Numbered from the whole stretch's first letter, positions 28,057-39,074 are shown. The stretch: DNA of 62,679 nucleotides, filler included, from Candidatus Delongbacteria bacterium (GCA_016937995.1; 5 parts of 5 records of this genome joined end to end with filler, not necessarily neighbours in it); one strand, 5' to 3'. Numbers and translations: made by a program. Notes: a model not told the origin generated them from the sequence alone.

Positions 28057-28662
28057 TTGATGAACCTGATCAAAACTAAGAAATTTTTTGCAGTATTATT
28101 GTTTGCGGTAAGCTTTATGGCAAGCTGTATGAAATATACTTACAGAGAGGGAAATTTTGTTGTAAATAACAGAAATGTGTATCGAAATAACTTTTCTGTG
28201 ATCAAAGCGGATACATCAAACACTATCCTTTCATATAAGATCAATGAAACCAAAATTAAGAACTATATTAAGGAATTTAAAACATACAGATACAAAGAAG
28301 ACGTTGCATCTATTTATGCTGATGCGATACTGTATGCCTGCATTAAGTATGATATTGATATTGATATTATGCTGTCTTTAATAAAATATGAGAGCAGTTT
28401 TAATTCTTTGACAATAAACAAAAGGACCGGCTGTATCGGTGCTACACAAATAAATCCTGCTGTTTGGACAGAGGAATTGAAAGAAGCCGGTATTATTGAG
28501 AAAAAAGAGGATCTTTTTTCTTTAAGGAACAACATAATAAGCGGTGCATACGTTCTCAATCATTATATAAAGAAGACCGACAGTCTTGAACTGGCACTTC
28601 AGAAATACTATGGTACCTGCAATTATGCTTCGATCTATTCGAACAACGTTCTTGGTGGATAA
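28057..28662 (+). CDS. Lytic transglycosylase (SLT domain), lipoprotein-like
   Basis: LIKYESSFN catalytic Glu, GATQI, NI..GAYVL, AL..YY. Confidence 0.82.
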   Translation: MMNLIKTKKFFAVLLFAVSFMASCMKYTYREGNFVVNNRNVYRNNFSVIKADTSNTILSYKINETKIKNYIKEFKTYRYKEDVASIYADAILYACIKYDIDIDIMLSLIKYESSFNSLTINKRTGCIGATQINPAVWTEELKEAGIIEKKEDLFSLRNNIISGAYVLNHYIKKTDSLELALQKYYGTCNYASIYSNNVLGG

Positions 28663-28680
28663 AAATTTATTTACATAATA

Positions 28681-28709
28681 AAAAAGCCGATCATCTGATC
28701 GGCTTTTTT
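28681..28709. terminator. Bidirectional intrinsic terminator
   Basis: aaaaagccgatca-tc-tgatcggctttttt between convergent genes. Confidence 0.88.
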
Positions 28710-28714
28710 CATAC

Positions 28715-29383
28715 CTAAGCTTTTCCAAGCTTCCATCTACTGATCGCTTTGAAGAACATGAGCACAGTGAACGGCACAGTGAAATCACCTTCCATCAACC
28801 TGTTAGTTGTTGATAGGATCAACCATGCTTTTTCGATATCTTTAGCTCTGTAATATTTTAAGAATATAGCCATTAATCTTTTTGAGAATACTTTAAATCT
28901 GTTGTTATTCATTATTAAATTTACAGCACCTGTGTAATATTCAACTCCAGCTTCTGTATGAAACCAGCCTTCAGTTGCTTCCGGTTCACCCTGTGATTTT
29001 ATAATTTCAGCTATTTCATCATCTGTAAAAGAGAATTCATTGAATTCATCTGTTGAGAAGAAGTTAAAGCTTTCACTGTTGAACAGATCAGGATCTTCGT
29101 CATATTTTTTTCCAATGGCTGCATGAGGCCCCATCAGGTCCATTGATGCTTCCATAATGGTCTTCTGCATTGCAGGACTTCCGAAGTATGAACCTACACT
29201 TTCTTTAACAGTTTCCTGCTTTTTTTGTGTAAAAGCCTCAGACACCTGATAATATGTACAGTCTATACATTCTTCATTTCTATTCTTTGCACAACATACA
29301 GGACAGATCAGTGCACCGTTTTTTAATTTACAGATTCTCTTTCCTGCCTTTGCATCACAAAATGAGCATTTTACTTTAGCCAT
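28715..29383 (-). CDS. Hypothetical protein with N-terminal Cys-rich (Zn-binding-like) domain
   Basis: CSFC..C..CPVCC..CIDC within the first 42 aa. Confidence 0.7.
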   Translation of the reverse strand: MAKVKCSFCDAKAGKRICKLKNGALICPVCCAKNRNEECIDCTYYQVSEAFTQKKQETVKESVGSYFGSPAMQKTIMEASMDLMGPHAAIGKKYDEDPDLFNSESFNFFSTDEFNEFSFTDDEIAEIIKSQGEPEATEGWFHTEAGVEYYTGAVNLIMNNNRFKVFSKRLMAIFLKYYRAKDIEKAWLILSTTNRLMEGDFTVPFTVLMFFKAISRWKLGKA

Positions 29384-29490
29384 AGATTTTCCTAAAATTT
29401 TATTTATTAATAGAACAGGTTGGAATGTAAAAAAATAATTTGTTTTAAAAAAGGTTTTTTATCTTAAATAATTAAAGTTATAAAAATATT

Positions 29491-31029
29491 CTATTTAATT
29501 ACGTACTTGAAAATTGTATTTTTAAGATCTTCTAAAGTAAAAGGTTTTTGAATACTTGCTGTAAATCCAAATTTTTCAGGGTTCTGTATTATAGGGTCTT
29601 CAGAGTATCCGCTGCTTACAATAACAGGTATTGTACTGTCAATATCTCTGATATGCTTAATCGCTTCTTTTCCACCCATCCCACCGGGTATAGTAATGTC
29701 AAGAAATATAGCTGCAAGTTCATCTTTGTTATTCTTTAATTCTTTAAATATACCTATGGCTTCAGTTCCATCACAGGATTCTATAGTAGCAAATCCAAAA
29801 TAATCCAGCATTTCTTTAAGCGTATTTCTTATTATTTCTTCATCATCCATTACTAATACTTTTCCTGTTCCATTTATATTATTAGTTTTAAAATTTTTCT
29901 CATCCTGAAATTTCTTTTCTGAAGCAGGAAGACATATCGTAAACGTACTCCCTTTTTCCGGAGTTGATTCAACATCAATATGCCCTTTATGTTTTTTTAC
30001 TATTGAATAGCTTGTAGCAAGACCCAATCCACTACCAATCTTCTTTGTTGTAAAAAAAGGGTCGAAGATTCTGTCAATAATACTTTGAGGAATCCCTATA
30101 CCCTGATCTTTTATCTGAATCCTAATATATTTGCCTTCCGTAAGTATATTATGCTCATTTTTTTTTAATTTAATATTATCAGCAATTACACTTATAGTTC
30201 CTCCACTTGGCATTGCTTGCTGAGCATTTATTACAATATTGTCAATAACCTGACCCATCTGATTTGCATCAAATTCACATACCCATAGATCTTCATTGAT
30301 TGATATTTCACTGGATATTTTTGATCCGCTTAAAGCAAATTGAACTGTATCTTTAAGAAAATCGTTAAGATTGTTTACTTTGATTTCAGGTTCTCCACCT
30401 TTTGAAAAAGTAAGAAGCTGTTGTGTTAGGTTTTTTGCTCTCGAAAGAGTTTTAATTGTTGAATCTAAATATTTTTTTATCTTTGGCTCAGATGTCTTCA
30501 TTCTTGCAATATCAATATAACCGTAAATCCCGAATAGAAGATTATTGAAATCATGAGCTATTCCACCAGCAAGAATTCCTAACGATTCTAGTTTCTGATT
30601 ATGCTGAATTTGCTTTTCATACTTTATCTTTTCTTCGACAGCTTTCTTTTGATCAGTTATATCTCTAAGGTGTTCTATAATATTTTGAATTTCACCTTTT
30701 TCATTAAGAATTGGATATGCTCTTATATCAAGCCAAATTTGCAGATCCTCAAAATATCTTTCAACTCTCGCTGGCTTTTTTGTCTCATACACAATAGAAG
30801 TGGCACATTGTTCACAGGGACTACCCCTTTGGATAAGCTCAAAACATTTTTTCCCTTTAACCTCTTCAAAAGATTTCTTCAGAAAGTCGTAACCGGCCTT
30901 ATTATACTTTATAATATTATGGTCATTATCCTGCAGTCCTATAATATCAGGTATATTATCAAAAAGAGTCTCAAGTGTCTTAGACATATTACTGTTCTCT
31001 TTCGCAGAATCAATGAGTTCCTTTTCCAT
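29491..31029 (-). CDS. PAS-domain hybrid sensor histidine kinase / receiver
   Basis: PAS N-terminus, LAGGIAHDFNNLL H-box, NAQQAM, DQGIGI, FDPFFTTK, GLGL, receiver VMDDE...FLDITIP. Confidence 0.93.
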   Translation of the reverse strand: MEKELIDSAKENSNMSKTLETLFDNIPDIIGLQDNDHNIIKYNKAGYDFLKKSFEEVKGKKCFELIQRGSPCEQCATSIVYETKKPARVERYFEDLQIWLDIRAYPILNEKGEIQNIIEHLRDITDQKKAVEEKIKYEKQIQHNQKLESLGILAGGIAHDFNNLLFGIYGYIDIARMKTSEPKIKKYLDSTIKTLSRAKNLTQQLLTFSKGGEPEIKVNNLNDFLKDTVQFALSGSKISSEISINEDLWVCEFDANQMGQVIDNIVINAQQAMPSGGTISVIADNIKLKKNEHNILTEGKYIRIQIKDQGIGIPQSIIDRIFDPFFTTKKIGSGLGLATSYSIVKKHKGHIDVESTPEKGSTFTICLPASEKKFQDEKNFKTNNINGTGKVLVMDDEEIIRNTLKEMLDYFGFATIESCDGTEAIGIFKELKNNKDELAAIFLDITIPGGMGGKEAIKHIRDIDSTIPVIVSSGYSEDPIIQNPEKFGFTASIQKPFTLEDLKNTIFKYVIK

Positions 31030-31191
31030 AACTATCTCCCAGGTAGAAACTTAATCTATAAAAAACATTTTTTTTAAATATTTAAAAACTATAACAAAAA
31101 AATAGATGATTTACAATCAATAAATTTTTTAGAACTACCCAAAGATAACATTACAAAATAAAAATATTTGTTTTTTAAATTTCAATGAATT

Positions 31192-31701
31192 TTAATTGTC
31201 AATTGTCTCTTCCTTCATCCCTTTAGCCATTAAAAAACCCACAGCACGTTCTTTGAGCTTAAATCTGTTGATCAGTGACCTGAAATCTTTTCCATGATTT
31301 GGAACCAATAAATGAGCGATCTCATGTATGATAACATAGTCCATAACCCACTTGGGATATGTAGCCAGAACCGGATTAATAACTATCTTTCTCTGTCTTG
31401 TATAGCACTTACCCCAGGTGCGCAACAGAGTTCCTTGAAATTCTATGGAGTAATCAGGTGCTTCGGGGATAAATTTTTTCTTGAGCTTTAGAGATCTTTT
31501 TAAAAGTTCATCATCATTGTTCAAAATTATTTCTTTAAGTTCAAGCTTCTCTAAAAATTTATTCAAAAAAGCTTTAATATCCCCGTCCGATGTGTGATGA
31601 GGAGCAAGTATCTTAACTGTATTATCTCTTAGAGAAGCCTGTAAAGTCTTTTTTCTACGTTTTGACCTTTTAACAATGATCTCGTATTTATCAGAAATCA
31701 T
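31192..31701 (-). CDS. YgjP/DUF45-type zinc metallo-hydrolase
   Basis: RSKRRKKT, WGKC, DYVIIHEIAHL, NHGKDF. Confidence 0.85.
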   Translation of the reverse strand: MISDKYEIIVKRSKRRKKTLQASLRDNTVKILAPHHTSDGDIKAFLNKFLEKLELKEIILNNDDELLKRSLKLKKKFIPEAPDYSIEFQGTLLRTWGKCYTRQRKIVINPVLATYPKWVMDYVIIHEIAHLLVPNHGKDFRSLINRFKLKERAVGFLMAKGMKEETIDN

Positions 31702-31704
31702 AAA

Positions 31705-33255
31705 TTAATAAATTTCCTTTTTGATCTTTTCTTCCCAGTTCGGATCGTTCTTTTCACCTGTAAAATTGGAATGTATCAGAGAAAATTCGCCGAAACCATG
31801 GGTATCCGCAAAGACGAAAGTATAGTTCCCGTTGAAATAAGACCAGATTTCATGATCCTGAGAATCGGTTGAATAAGTTTCCTTATCTATCTTATCCGGT
31901 GCACCATGAGTGATCAATATCCTGCCTCTATCTGTCTTCCATCCTTCTTTATTTCCCAAAGAATATTCTTTATTGGCCAGATTTACATTATATAAAAATT
32001 TCTCTCTTGCATCAGGATCATCTCTCTCTTTTGTTTCCCAGAACCTTTTTAAAAAATTGACTTTACCTTTGTCATTTAATTTGTCCGCTAAGTTCCTATC
32101 CTTTTTATCAAGAATGGTATACACCTGTTCAAATTCTTCAAGCATACTCTTATCACTTAGAACATCAACATTTTTGCTGTAATCCTTGTTTGCAAGATCA
32201 GAAAAATACTCGAATTTCTCTTTTTTGAACTTGTCATCATATTTAGTTTTTTCTACCCAGTAATCAATAAGGAAAGATCTTTTTGCCTCCAACCCGTTCT
32301 TTTCGAACTCATCTGATCTATCTGCGGTAATATCCTTTGAAATATTCCTGATCTCATTATCAATGGTTTTTTCAGTCAGTACTTCAATTGCATTACTCAG
32401 ATCTTCAAATTTCATTTCCGCTTTTTCTCTGAAATCCAGAGTTCTGTATATATAGAAATTATTACTGCTTTCTATAGTTGACCCGTTCTTTGATACTTCC
32501 AGATTAAAGTCATACAATCCTGTTTTTAGACTCTGAATAGGTATTTGATCCGCGAGTACGATCGCATTTCCAGGTGCTTTTTTTGATTTTGAATTCCCTT
32601 CCTTGATCTTTATCCCATCTTTATCACTGATAGACCACTTATAATCAACACTGTTTCCTGCCTGCAATCCGTATACTTCTGTATAGTAATACAAGAAAGG
32701 TCTTCTGGTACCGAATACTTTACTCGGGTTCGGAAGGACGATCACACCCTGCTTGAAGAACTCTGATTCTTTTTCAATATCGTTTGTAATTATTTTAGAA
32801 GCCAGTTGTATTGTGGAAAGGGAGAATTTATCATGGAATTTTGCAACAGAAAATTTCTTTGAATTTTGAGGAATATCTATTGTTTCTACATTCTTTGATT
32901 TAAGATCTTCGACCTCAGCAAGCAACCTGTAATATCCCGGATCAAGATACATTGTGGATAATGCCGGTATTTCATTACCTGAGAATTTATCGTTTTCACT
33001 TTTCAGGGTATATTTTTGCTTCCATTTATCTTCTGCAATTAGCTTTTCACCATCATAAACATATAACTTGATCGCAAATACACTTTCGGATGTCTTATCA
33101 AATTCTAATGATTGTACCGGTATTGATACATAAATATCAACCTTTGTTTTATCAAGTCTTTCTCTGTCATAACAGGCATAATCCAAATAAAATACTCCCT
33201 TCGCGAGTAATACTGGAATGAATAATAATGTAACTAGATAAATATATTTTCTCAT
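31705..33255 (-). CDS. GWxTD domain-containing protein
   Basis: EGWKTDRGRILITHGAPD, EIWSY, FVFADTHGFGEFSLIHS; signal peptide. Confidence 0.9.
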   Translation of the reverse strand: MRKYIYLVTLLFIPVLLAKGVFYLDYACYDRERLDKTKVDIYVSIPVQSLEFDKTSESVFAIKLYVYDGEKLIAEDKWKQKYTLKSENDKFSGNEIPALSTMYLDPGYYRLLAEVEDLKSKNVETIDIPQNSKKFSVAKFHDKFSLSTIQLASKIITNDIEKESEFFKQGVIVLPNPSKVFGTRRPFLYYYTEVYGLQAGNSVDYKWSISDKDGIKIKEGNSKSKKAPGNAIVLADQIPIQSLKTGLYDFNLEVSKNGSTIESSNNFYIYRTLDFREKAEMKFEDLSNAIEVLTEKTIDNEIRNISKDITADRSDEFEKNGLEAKRSFLIDYWVEKTKYDDKFKKEKFEYFSDLANKDYSKNVDVLSDKSMLEEFEQVYTILDKKDRNLADKLNDKGKVNFLKRFWETKERDDPDAREKFLYNVNLANKEYSLGNKEGWKTDRGRILITHGAPDKIDKETYSTDSQDHEIWSYFNGNYTFVFADTHGFGEFSLIHSNFTGEKNDPNWEEKIKKEIY

Positions 33256-33752
33256 CTTATGATCCTCCTTCCTGCTATGAATTTATTTTTAAAATAGTAA
33301 TCATCGAGACTGCTTATCATAACACCCCTGGATGTTGATGCATGCCCGAACTTACCATCCTTTAAATATACACCAACATGTGAAATACCTCTACCGTTCG
33401 TATTGAAGAAAACAAGGTCACCGTATGAAAGTTCAGCTTTTGAAATATGTCTTCCGTAATAATATTGTTTTTGGGCAGTTCTGGGAAGATTAACTCTATA
33501 TATCTCTTTGAATAATGCCATCACGAATCCACTGCAGTCAAATGAATTTGGCCCGGAAGCACCTAATACATACTTTGCTCCGTAGTGTTTCTCAATGAAT
33601 TTTTCAATGATCTGGGCATCTTCAGCATCCTCTTCTGTGATCTGTTGTTTCTGCTGATTGTAATACTGATGTGATGATACTGAAGAGCATGACACAAAGA
33701 TCATTGAAAAGGCCATTATAAAAGGTATGAAATATTTTATTGTTCTAGTCAT
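33252..33752 (-). CDS. NlpC/P60 (C40) peptidoglycan hydrolase lipoprotein
   Basis: FVSC lipobox, FDCSG, LPRTA, GDLVFF, HVGVY, HAS. Confidence 0.93.
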   Translation of the reverse strand: MTRTIKYFIPFIMAFSMIFVSCSSVSSHQYYNQQKQQITEEDAEDAQIIEKFIEKHYGAKYVLGASGPNSFDCSGFVMALFKEIYRVNLPRTAQKQYYYGRHISKAELSYGDLVFFNTNGRGISHVGVYLKDGKFGHASTSRGVMISSLDDYYFKNKFIAGRRIIR

Positions 33753-33776
33753 TATTTCTCAAATGTTATTGGTTTG

Positions 33777-35375
33777 TTATCCCATAAGGTGATTCAACAA
33801 CCCTTTAGTTGAGCAGTCATGAGATTCCGGTATCTTTCCATCATTCATTTCATTTTGAATAATATTTGCAAGTTGCTTACCGTATTCCACTCCCCACTGA
33901 TCAAAGCTGTATATATTCCATATTATACCCTGAACAAAAATCTTATGTTCATAGATCGCTATAAGCTTTCCAAGAGTATTTGGGGTCAGTTTATCGTAGA
34001 TAATTGAGTTTGTGGGATGATTTCCTGAAAATACCTTATACGGTGTTCCATCTTTAATATCATCAATTGTTCTGCCTTTCATCAATGCCTCAGTCTGACC
34101 AAGGAAATTTGACAGAAGGATCTTATGATGTTTATTTATTCTGTTCAATGGTTCTTTCGCTACAAGAAAATCAGCGGGGATCATTCTAGTTCCCTGGTGT
34201 ATCAATTGATAGAACGAATGTTGACCGTTCGTACCCGGTTCCCCCCATATCACAGGACCAGTAGAATAATTCAAAGTCTTTCCTTCCCTGTCCACACTTT
34301 TTCCATTACTCTCCATATTGGCCTGTTGCAAATAAGCAGGGAATCTGTGTAAATATTGATCATAAGGAAGAACAGCCTCACTATCTGTTCCAAAGAAATT
34401 TATATACCAGATGCTGATAAGAGCCAATAGAACCGGAATATTATTTTCGAAATCTGTATTCTTAAAATGCTCATCTATGGAAGAAGCACCGGACATCATC
34501 TCTTCAAAACGGTCATAGCCAATATATAAAGCAATGCTCAGCCCGATCGCTGAGAATAACGAGTATCTTCCACCGATAAAATCCCAGAATTCGAACATGT
34601 TTTCAGTATCAATACCGAACTCCTCGACTTTTTCCTTGTTGGTAGACAATGCAATAAAATGTTTTTTTATGGTATTTTCATCTCTTGTATTTCTCAGGAA
34701 CCATTCTCTTACTGAATAAGCATTTGTCATGGTTTCCTGAGTTGTAAAAGTCTTGGATGCGATCAGGAACAATGTCTCTTCATGGTCTAAATTCTTCAGT
34801 ATTTCAGTTATTTCAGTTCCGTCTACATTTGAAATAAAATCTACTTTGATATCTTCAGAACCATAGAATTTTAAAGCCTCTGTGACCATTGCAGGACCAA
34901 GATGTGATCCACCGATACCTATATTTACAATATTTTTAATTTTCTTTCCGGTATACCCTCTCCATTCTCCGCTTCTGACAGCATCACTGAATATTCTCAT
35001 TTTTTTTCTGACATCTCTGATCAAAGGCATAATATCCTGATCATCAACGTAAATTGGATCATGAGAAAAATTCCTCAAAGCAGTATGAAGGACAGCTCTG
35101 TTCTCAGTTTCATTTATCTTTTCACCAGAGAACATTTTGTCTATTGAATCTTTTAAATTGCATTCTTTCGCAAGTCCGATCAATAACTGCTTCGTTTTCT
35201 CAGTGATAATATTTTTTGAGCAATCTATGAGTATATCTTCAAATTGGAATGAAAAGTCATTGAATCTTTGGTCATTTGCGAAAAGATCACGCATATGAAC
35301 TGATTTCATCTCAGCAAAATGGTCTAATAATTTCTGCCAGCTTTTTGTCTTTACGGGATCTACTTTACTAAGCAT
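33777..35375 (-). CDS. pgi: Glucose-6-phosphate isomerase
   Basis: [49 protein letters not shown]. Confidence 0.97.
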   Translation of the reverse strand: MLSKVDPVKTKSWQKLLDHFAEMKSVHMRDLFANDQRFNDFSFQFEDILIDCSKNIITEKTKQLLIGLAKECNLKDSIDKMFSGEKINETENRAVLHTALRNFSHDPIYVDDQDIMPLIRDVRKKMRIFSDAVRSGEWRGYTGKKIKNIVNIGIGGSHLGPAMVTEALKFYGSEDIKVDFISNVDGTEITEILKNLDHEETLFLIASKTFTTQETMTNAYSVREWFLRNTRDENTIKKHFIALSTNKEKVEEFGIDTENMFEFWDFIGGRYSLFSAIGLSIALYIGYDRFEEMMSGASSIDEHFKNTDFENNIPVLLALISIWYINFFGTDSEAVLPYDQYLHRFPAYLQQANMESNGKSVDREGKTLNYSTGPVIWGEPGTNGQHSFYQLIHQGTRMIPADFLVAKEPLNRINKHHKILLSNFLGQTEALMKGRTIDDIKDGTPYKVFSGNHPTNSIIYDKLTPNTLGKLIAIYEHKIFVQGIIWNIYSFDQWGVEYGKQLANIIQNEMNDGKIPESHDCSTKGLLNHLMG

Positions 35376-35387
35376 AATATATCCATC

Positions 35388-35897
35388 TTATTGATTTGTA
35401 TGAGGTTCGTCTTCCTTCTTTTCAAAAAATAAGTACTGTACCGACAACAGGACCATTCCCACTGTTACGAATGAATCAGCTATATTGAAGATCGGCCATC
35501 TTGTCATTATTATGTCAGGGAAATCACAGTCAATAAAGTCGATCACTTTGCCATACAATGCCCTATCGATCAAATTTCCTATAGCTCCTCCAAGAATAAA
35601 GCTAAATGCCCAGAGTTCAAGTTTCTTTTTAATGTCGATCTTCAGGATCAAATAAATTACAAATATTGAAGCAATTAAAGAGATCGCTGATAAAAAATAC
35701 CTGCTTCCGAGTTTGATACTGAAAGCTATTCCGGTGTTATAAGCAAGAGTGAACCTGACTAATTCTTCACCAAAGACATTAATTGAGTTTGAGTCCAGTG
35801 AAAGTAAGAACTTCTCTAAGAATTTTTTAGATACTTGATCGGCAATAATGATTATTGCCGATACTGAAAAAAATATTGTCTTTTTACTAAATGTCAT
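35388..35897 (-). CDS. lspA: Lipoprotein signal peptidase II
   Basis: DQVSK, NTGIAFS, GGAIGNLIDR, VIDFI, FNIADS. Confidence 0.95.
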   Translation of the reverse strand: MTFSKKTIFFSVSAIIIIADQVSKKFLEKFLLSLDSNSINVFGEELVRFTLAYNTGIAFSIKLGSRYFLSAISLIASIFVIYLILKIDIKKKLELWAFSFILGGAIGNLIDRALYGKVIDFIDCDFPDIIMTRWPIFNIADSFVTVGMVLLSVQYLFFEKKEDEPHTNQ

Positions 35898-35910
35898 TCA
35901 GATCTTTACC

Positions 35911-36099
35911 CAATTTCTATTAAGTTTCAAGAAGTTCTAGGTGGACTGATGATTTAAAACAGGAGCTTAGATTTACTAAGTGACTGTGAATAAATCAGTG
36001 GTCCGATGCAGAAATTCAAAGAACAATTTTACAATTTCTGCTTAGTTTCAAGAAGTTCAAGGAGGTCTGATGATTTAAAACAGGAGCTTAGATTTACTA
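35911..36099. repeat. Structured direct repeat, 121-nt period, cut by the contig end
   Basis: 35911-35978 matches 36032-36099 with few mismatches. Confidence 0.9.
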
Positions 36100-36199
36100 N
36101 NNNNNNNNNNNNNNNNNNNNNNNNNNNNNNNNNNNNNNNNNNNTTAATTAATTAANNNNNNNNNNNNNNNNNNNNNNNNNNNNNNNNNNNNNNNNNNNN
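36100..36199. other. Artificial contig spacer
   Basis: N-run + TTAATTAATTAA + N-run. Confidence 0.99.
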
Positions 36200-37107
36200 A
36201 CTCCCTGGTACAAAGCGACGGTTATCTGCATAGGAAGAGCTTGAGGAACAACCGCTACAGCAACACCGATCGCATAGATCAGTGCACTATTAATACCGAA
36301 ATCAAGATAAATACTTCCACCGAACAGAAATGCTGCGATCACGACCGCAAATATCGTTAATCTGTTGGCAACGACTGTTAATTCTTTCTGTAACGGAGAC
36401 TGAGAAGTATCTTCATCTTGTGTCATATTAGCGATCTTACCCATTTCAGTGTTCATTCCGGTAGCAATAACAATTCCCTTTGCATTCCCGGAAGCAACAG
36501 TGGTACCGAGATAAACCATGTTATCCCTGTCAGCAAGTCCGCAATTTTTTGAAATTAAATTACTATGTTTATTCTGAGGTAAAGATTCCCCGGTCAGAGA
36601 AACATCATTGGTCTTTAAATTAAATGATTCAAGTATTCTAACATCAGCAGGAACTTTGTCTCCTTCATCCAAACTTACAATATCTCCGATAACCAGATTT
36701 TCCTGATTCAGTTCCGATATTTTACCGTCTCTGATAACCTTTGATGGGGATTGAACGAGTCTTTTCAGAGATTCAACGATCTTTTCAGCCTTGAATTCCT
36801 GCATAAAACCAATGACAGCATTAAGAATTACGATCAACAGCATAATAGTACCGTCACTGTAACTGCCGATAGAAAAAGAAATACCCGCAGCAACCAAAAG
36901 CATTATCATGAAAACATCTTTCAGCTGAAGAAGAAATTTAACTATATTAGAAACTCTTCTACCTGTAACAAGCTCATTCTTACCGTACTTCTCAGCACGG
37001 ATCTTAGCTTCATCCGAGGATAAACCGTTAATATCTGTAGTTAACTCGCTGAAAATCTCTTCAGCTTTCATTCTATAATATTTTTGATCTGACAAATTGT
37101 ACTCCAT
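36200..37107 (-). CDS. Cation-transporting P-type ATPase (type II), 3-prime part missing at the contig edge
   Basis: GLSSDEA..R..KYGKN, GDKVPAD, LTGES, TGMNTEMGKIA, VAVVPQALP. Confidence 0.92.
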
Positions 37108-37304
37108 TTTGCGGTAGGTTAATATTTAATCAAATTAACAATTTAAAGTGGTAAATTCAAGGTTGAAATTTATTATTAAAATGCACTTACAAATTTATGC
37201 TAAAAAGCGAAGCCACTCCTTACATTAATTATCCGACTGGCATGAGATGAAGAAACGCGATTTATCGGATCTTTCAGAACATTGAATGTCAAGGGGATTA
37301 TGAT

Positions 37305-37531
37305 TGCCTTGATCTTTTTGTTACTTTTTGTATCAAGGCAAAAATTAAAAGTCCTCTACGCTTTTAAATTCGAATAAAAAAAGATTCTGAATCGAGTCCA
37401 GAATGACGGTTTGATAGATTGCCACGCATCTATGATGCTCGCAATGACAAGATGTGGTTTCCCGGAGCGAGTCCGAGAATAACAGCGGATCAAAGAACGA
37501 ACTTATCACTCATCACTTACAACTTATCACT
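37305..37531. repeat. Intergenic repeat mosaic (62-bp element, ATGAC-ended palindromes, heptamers)
   Basis: 37305-37366 aligns with 58655-58716; gattctgaatcgagtccagaatgac; agattgccacg...ctcgcaatgac; cttatcactcatcacttacaacttatcact. Confidence 0.78.
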
Positions 37532-37552
37532 ATTAAAAAAGTGTGACTTTTT

Positions 37553-38320
37553 TTATGACTCCATTATTCTATCATAAGCATCTTTAATATTAATGAACTT
37601 CTCGTTTGCGATCTTTACATACTCAGGACCAAGATGTGAGACTTTATCAGGGTGATATTTCTTTGTAAGAGTTCTATAAGCCTTTTTAACCTCATCTTTG
37701 GAACTGTTTTTAGGTATTCCAAGAATATCATAAGCATTATCTAATTTGTCTCTGGATGAAAAAGTTCTTCTTCTACCGTCAGTGCTGCCTTTTTGAAAAG
37801 TAAAGAACATTGAAGCTATTCTGGAAAAATCGATACTGTAAATACCTAAATAAGAGGAAATTTCATGAAGAGCCTTGATCTCCTCATCCACTAAGACACC
37901 ATCATCGACAGCAAGTTTAAACAACAAATGTATCAATTCAAGCCTGAAAGGATAGCTACTTGAAGTTCTGATCTGAGAACAAACAGCTTTAACATCGATA
38001 TCTTTTTCAAGCAGTGCCTTTAAAAGCTGCATCATTTCTTTGGCATTTTCCACACCAAAACTATTGACCAGATAATCCTTAACAAATAGAACCTCTGATT
38101 TTTTTGTTATCCTGTCAGCTTTTATGACGACCGCAAATAAAATCACCAGCGAATAAGTAAATTCTGACCTTATTTTTTGATCACCGCTGAATATCCTCTT
38201 ACTTTCTTCAGGTTTCTCGGATGACAAAAAACTACCCAACATTCCACCAAGCAGAGCTGCTATAGGTCCACCAATGAAAAACCCGACAGTTGCTCCCAAT
38301 AAAGTACCTTTAAAACTCAT
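37553..38320 (-). CDS. djlA: DjlA-like co-chaperone (TM + TerB-like + J domain)
   Basis: G-rich N-terminal TM, KAD motif, AYDILG...KKAYR...KYHPDKV. Confidence 0.85.
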   Translation of the reverse strand: MSFKGTLLGATVGFFIGGPIAALLGGMLGSFLSSEKPEESKRIFSGDQKIRSEFTYSLVILFAVVIKADRITKKSEVLFVKDYLVNSFGVENAKEMMQLLKALLEKDIDVKAVCSQIRTSSSYPFRLELIHLLFKLAVDDGVLVDEEIKALHEISSYLGIYSIDFSRIASMFFTFQKGSTDGRRRTFSSRDKLDNAYDILGIPKNSSKDEVKKAYRTLTKKYHPDKVSHLGPEYVKIANEKFINIKDAYDRIMES

Positions 38321-38390
38321 TTTATGATCTCTTCATATTATTTTACTGCCTATAAAGATAATATTTAAATTGACATTTGTCAATTATTCA

Positions 38391-39074
38391 TCACATTTTC
38401 ATTTTCTCATTGTAACTGTAAAATGAATCTGCACCTATGATAACATGATCCGTCAATGGAATATTCATCACATTCCCCGCTTCTTTCAGCATTTTAGTTA
38501 TCTTATCATCATTTTTTGAAGGTTCAGGATCTCCACTAGGATGATTATGAACTACTATCAAACTGCTTGCTGAGAACTCAACAGCAGCTTTGAACACCTC
38601 TCTCGGATGGACCAATGCACCAGAAAGATGACCGATACTGATTATTTCATCATGGATCACATAATTCTTTGTATTCAGATACAAACCTCTGAAATGTTCT
38701 TTAACTAATGTTGACATATCCTTTGTGTATTCAAATACATCCTCGGGACCTCTTATAAGAGTTCGTGATCTTGAATTTGAACTGTAAAATCTTCTTCCCA
38801 GTTCGAATGCTGCTATCAACTTGCAGGAATTCACCTCACCGATCTTTAAGTTCTCATTAAGTTTCCTAGGGTCAGTCTCTTTAAGTAAGGTCTTTGATCC
38901 ATAATCGTTGATTATCCTCTCAGAAATAGTAAAGACACTTTCATTTCTATTTCCCTTTCCAATGAGAACCGCAACTAACTCAGATAAGTTCATTTCATTG
39001 ACCAGACCTTCTACCATTTTTTCTCTCGGCATCTTTCCACTACCCAATTTCATTAAATCATACTCTGTTTTCAT
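38391..39074 (-). CDS. radC: RadC family JAB-domain protein
   Basis: MPREK, ELVAVLIG, KEHF, VHPREVF, HNHPSGD, DHVIIG; start taken at MKTEYD. Confidence 0.93.
   Translation of the reverse strand: MKTEYDLMKLGSGKMPREKMVEGLVNEMNLSELVAVLIGKGNRNESVFTISERIINDYGSKTLLKETDPRKLNENLKIGEVNSCKLIAAFELGRRFYSSNSRSRTLIRGPEDVFEYTKDMSTLVKEHFRGLYLNTKNYVIHDEIISIGHLSGALVHPREVFKAAVEFSASSLIVVHNHPSGDPEPSKNDDKITKMLKEAGNVMNIPLTDHVIIGADSFYSYNEKMKM

Noticed and set aside
35911..36099. CRISPR array, hammerhead ribozyme (CTGATGA) or attC site
   Set aside because: Repeat too long with only two partial copies and no cas genes; no GAAA after a stem II; no clear RYYYAAC/GTTRRRY ends
37553..38320. Tellurite-resistance or defence TerB system
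   Set aside because: TM-TerB-J architecture is ordinary DjlA; no other ter genes
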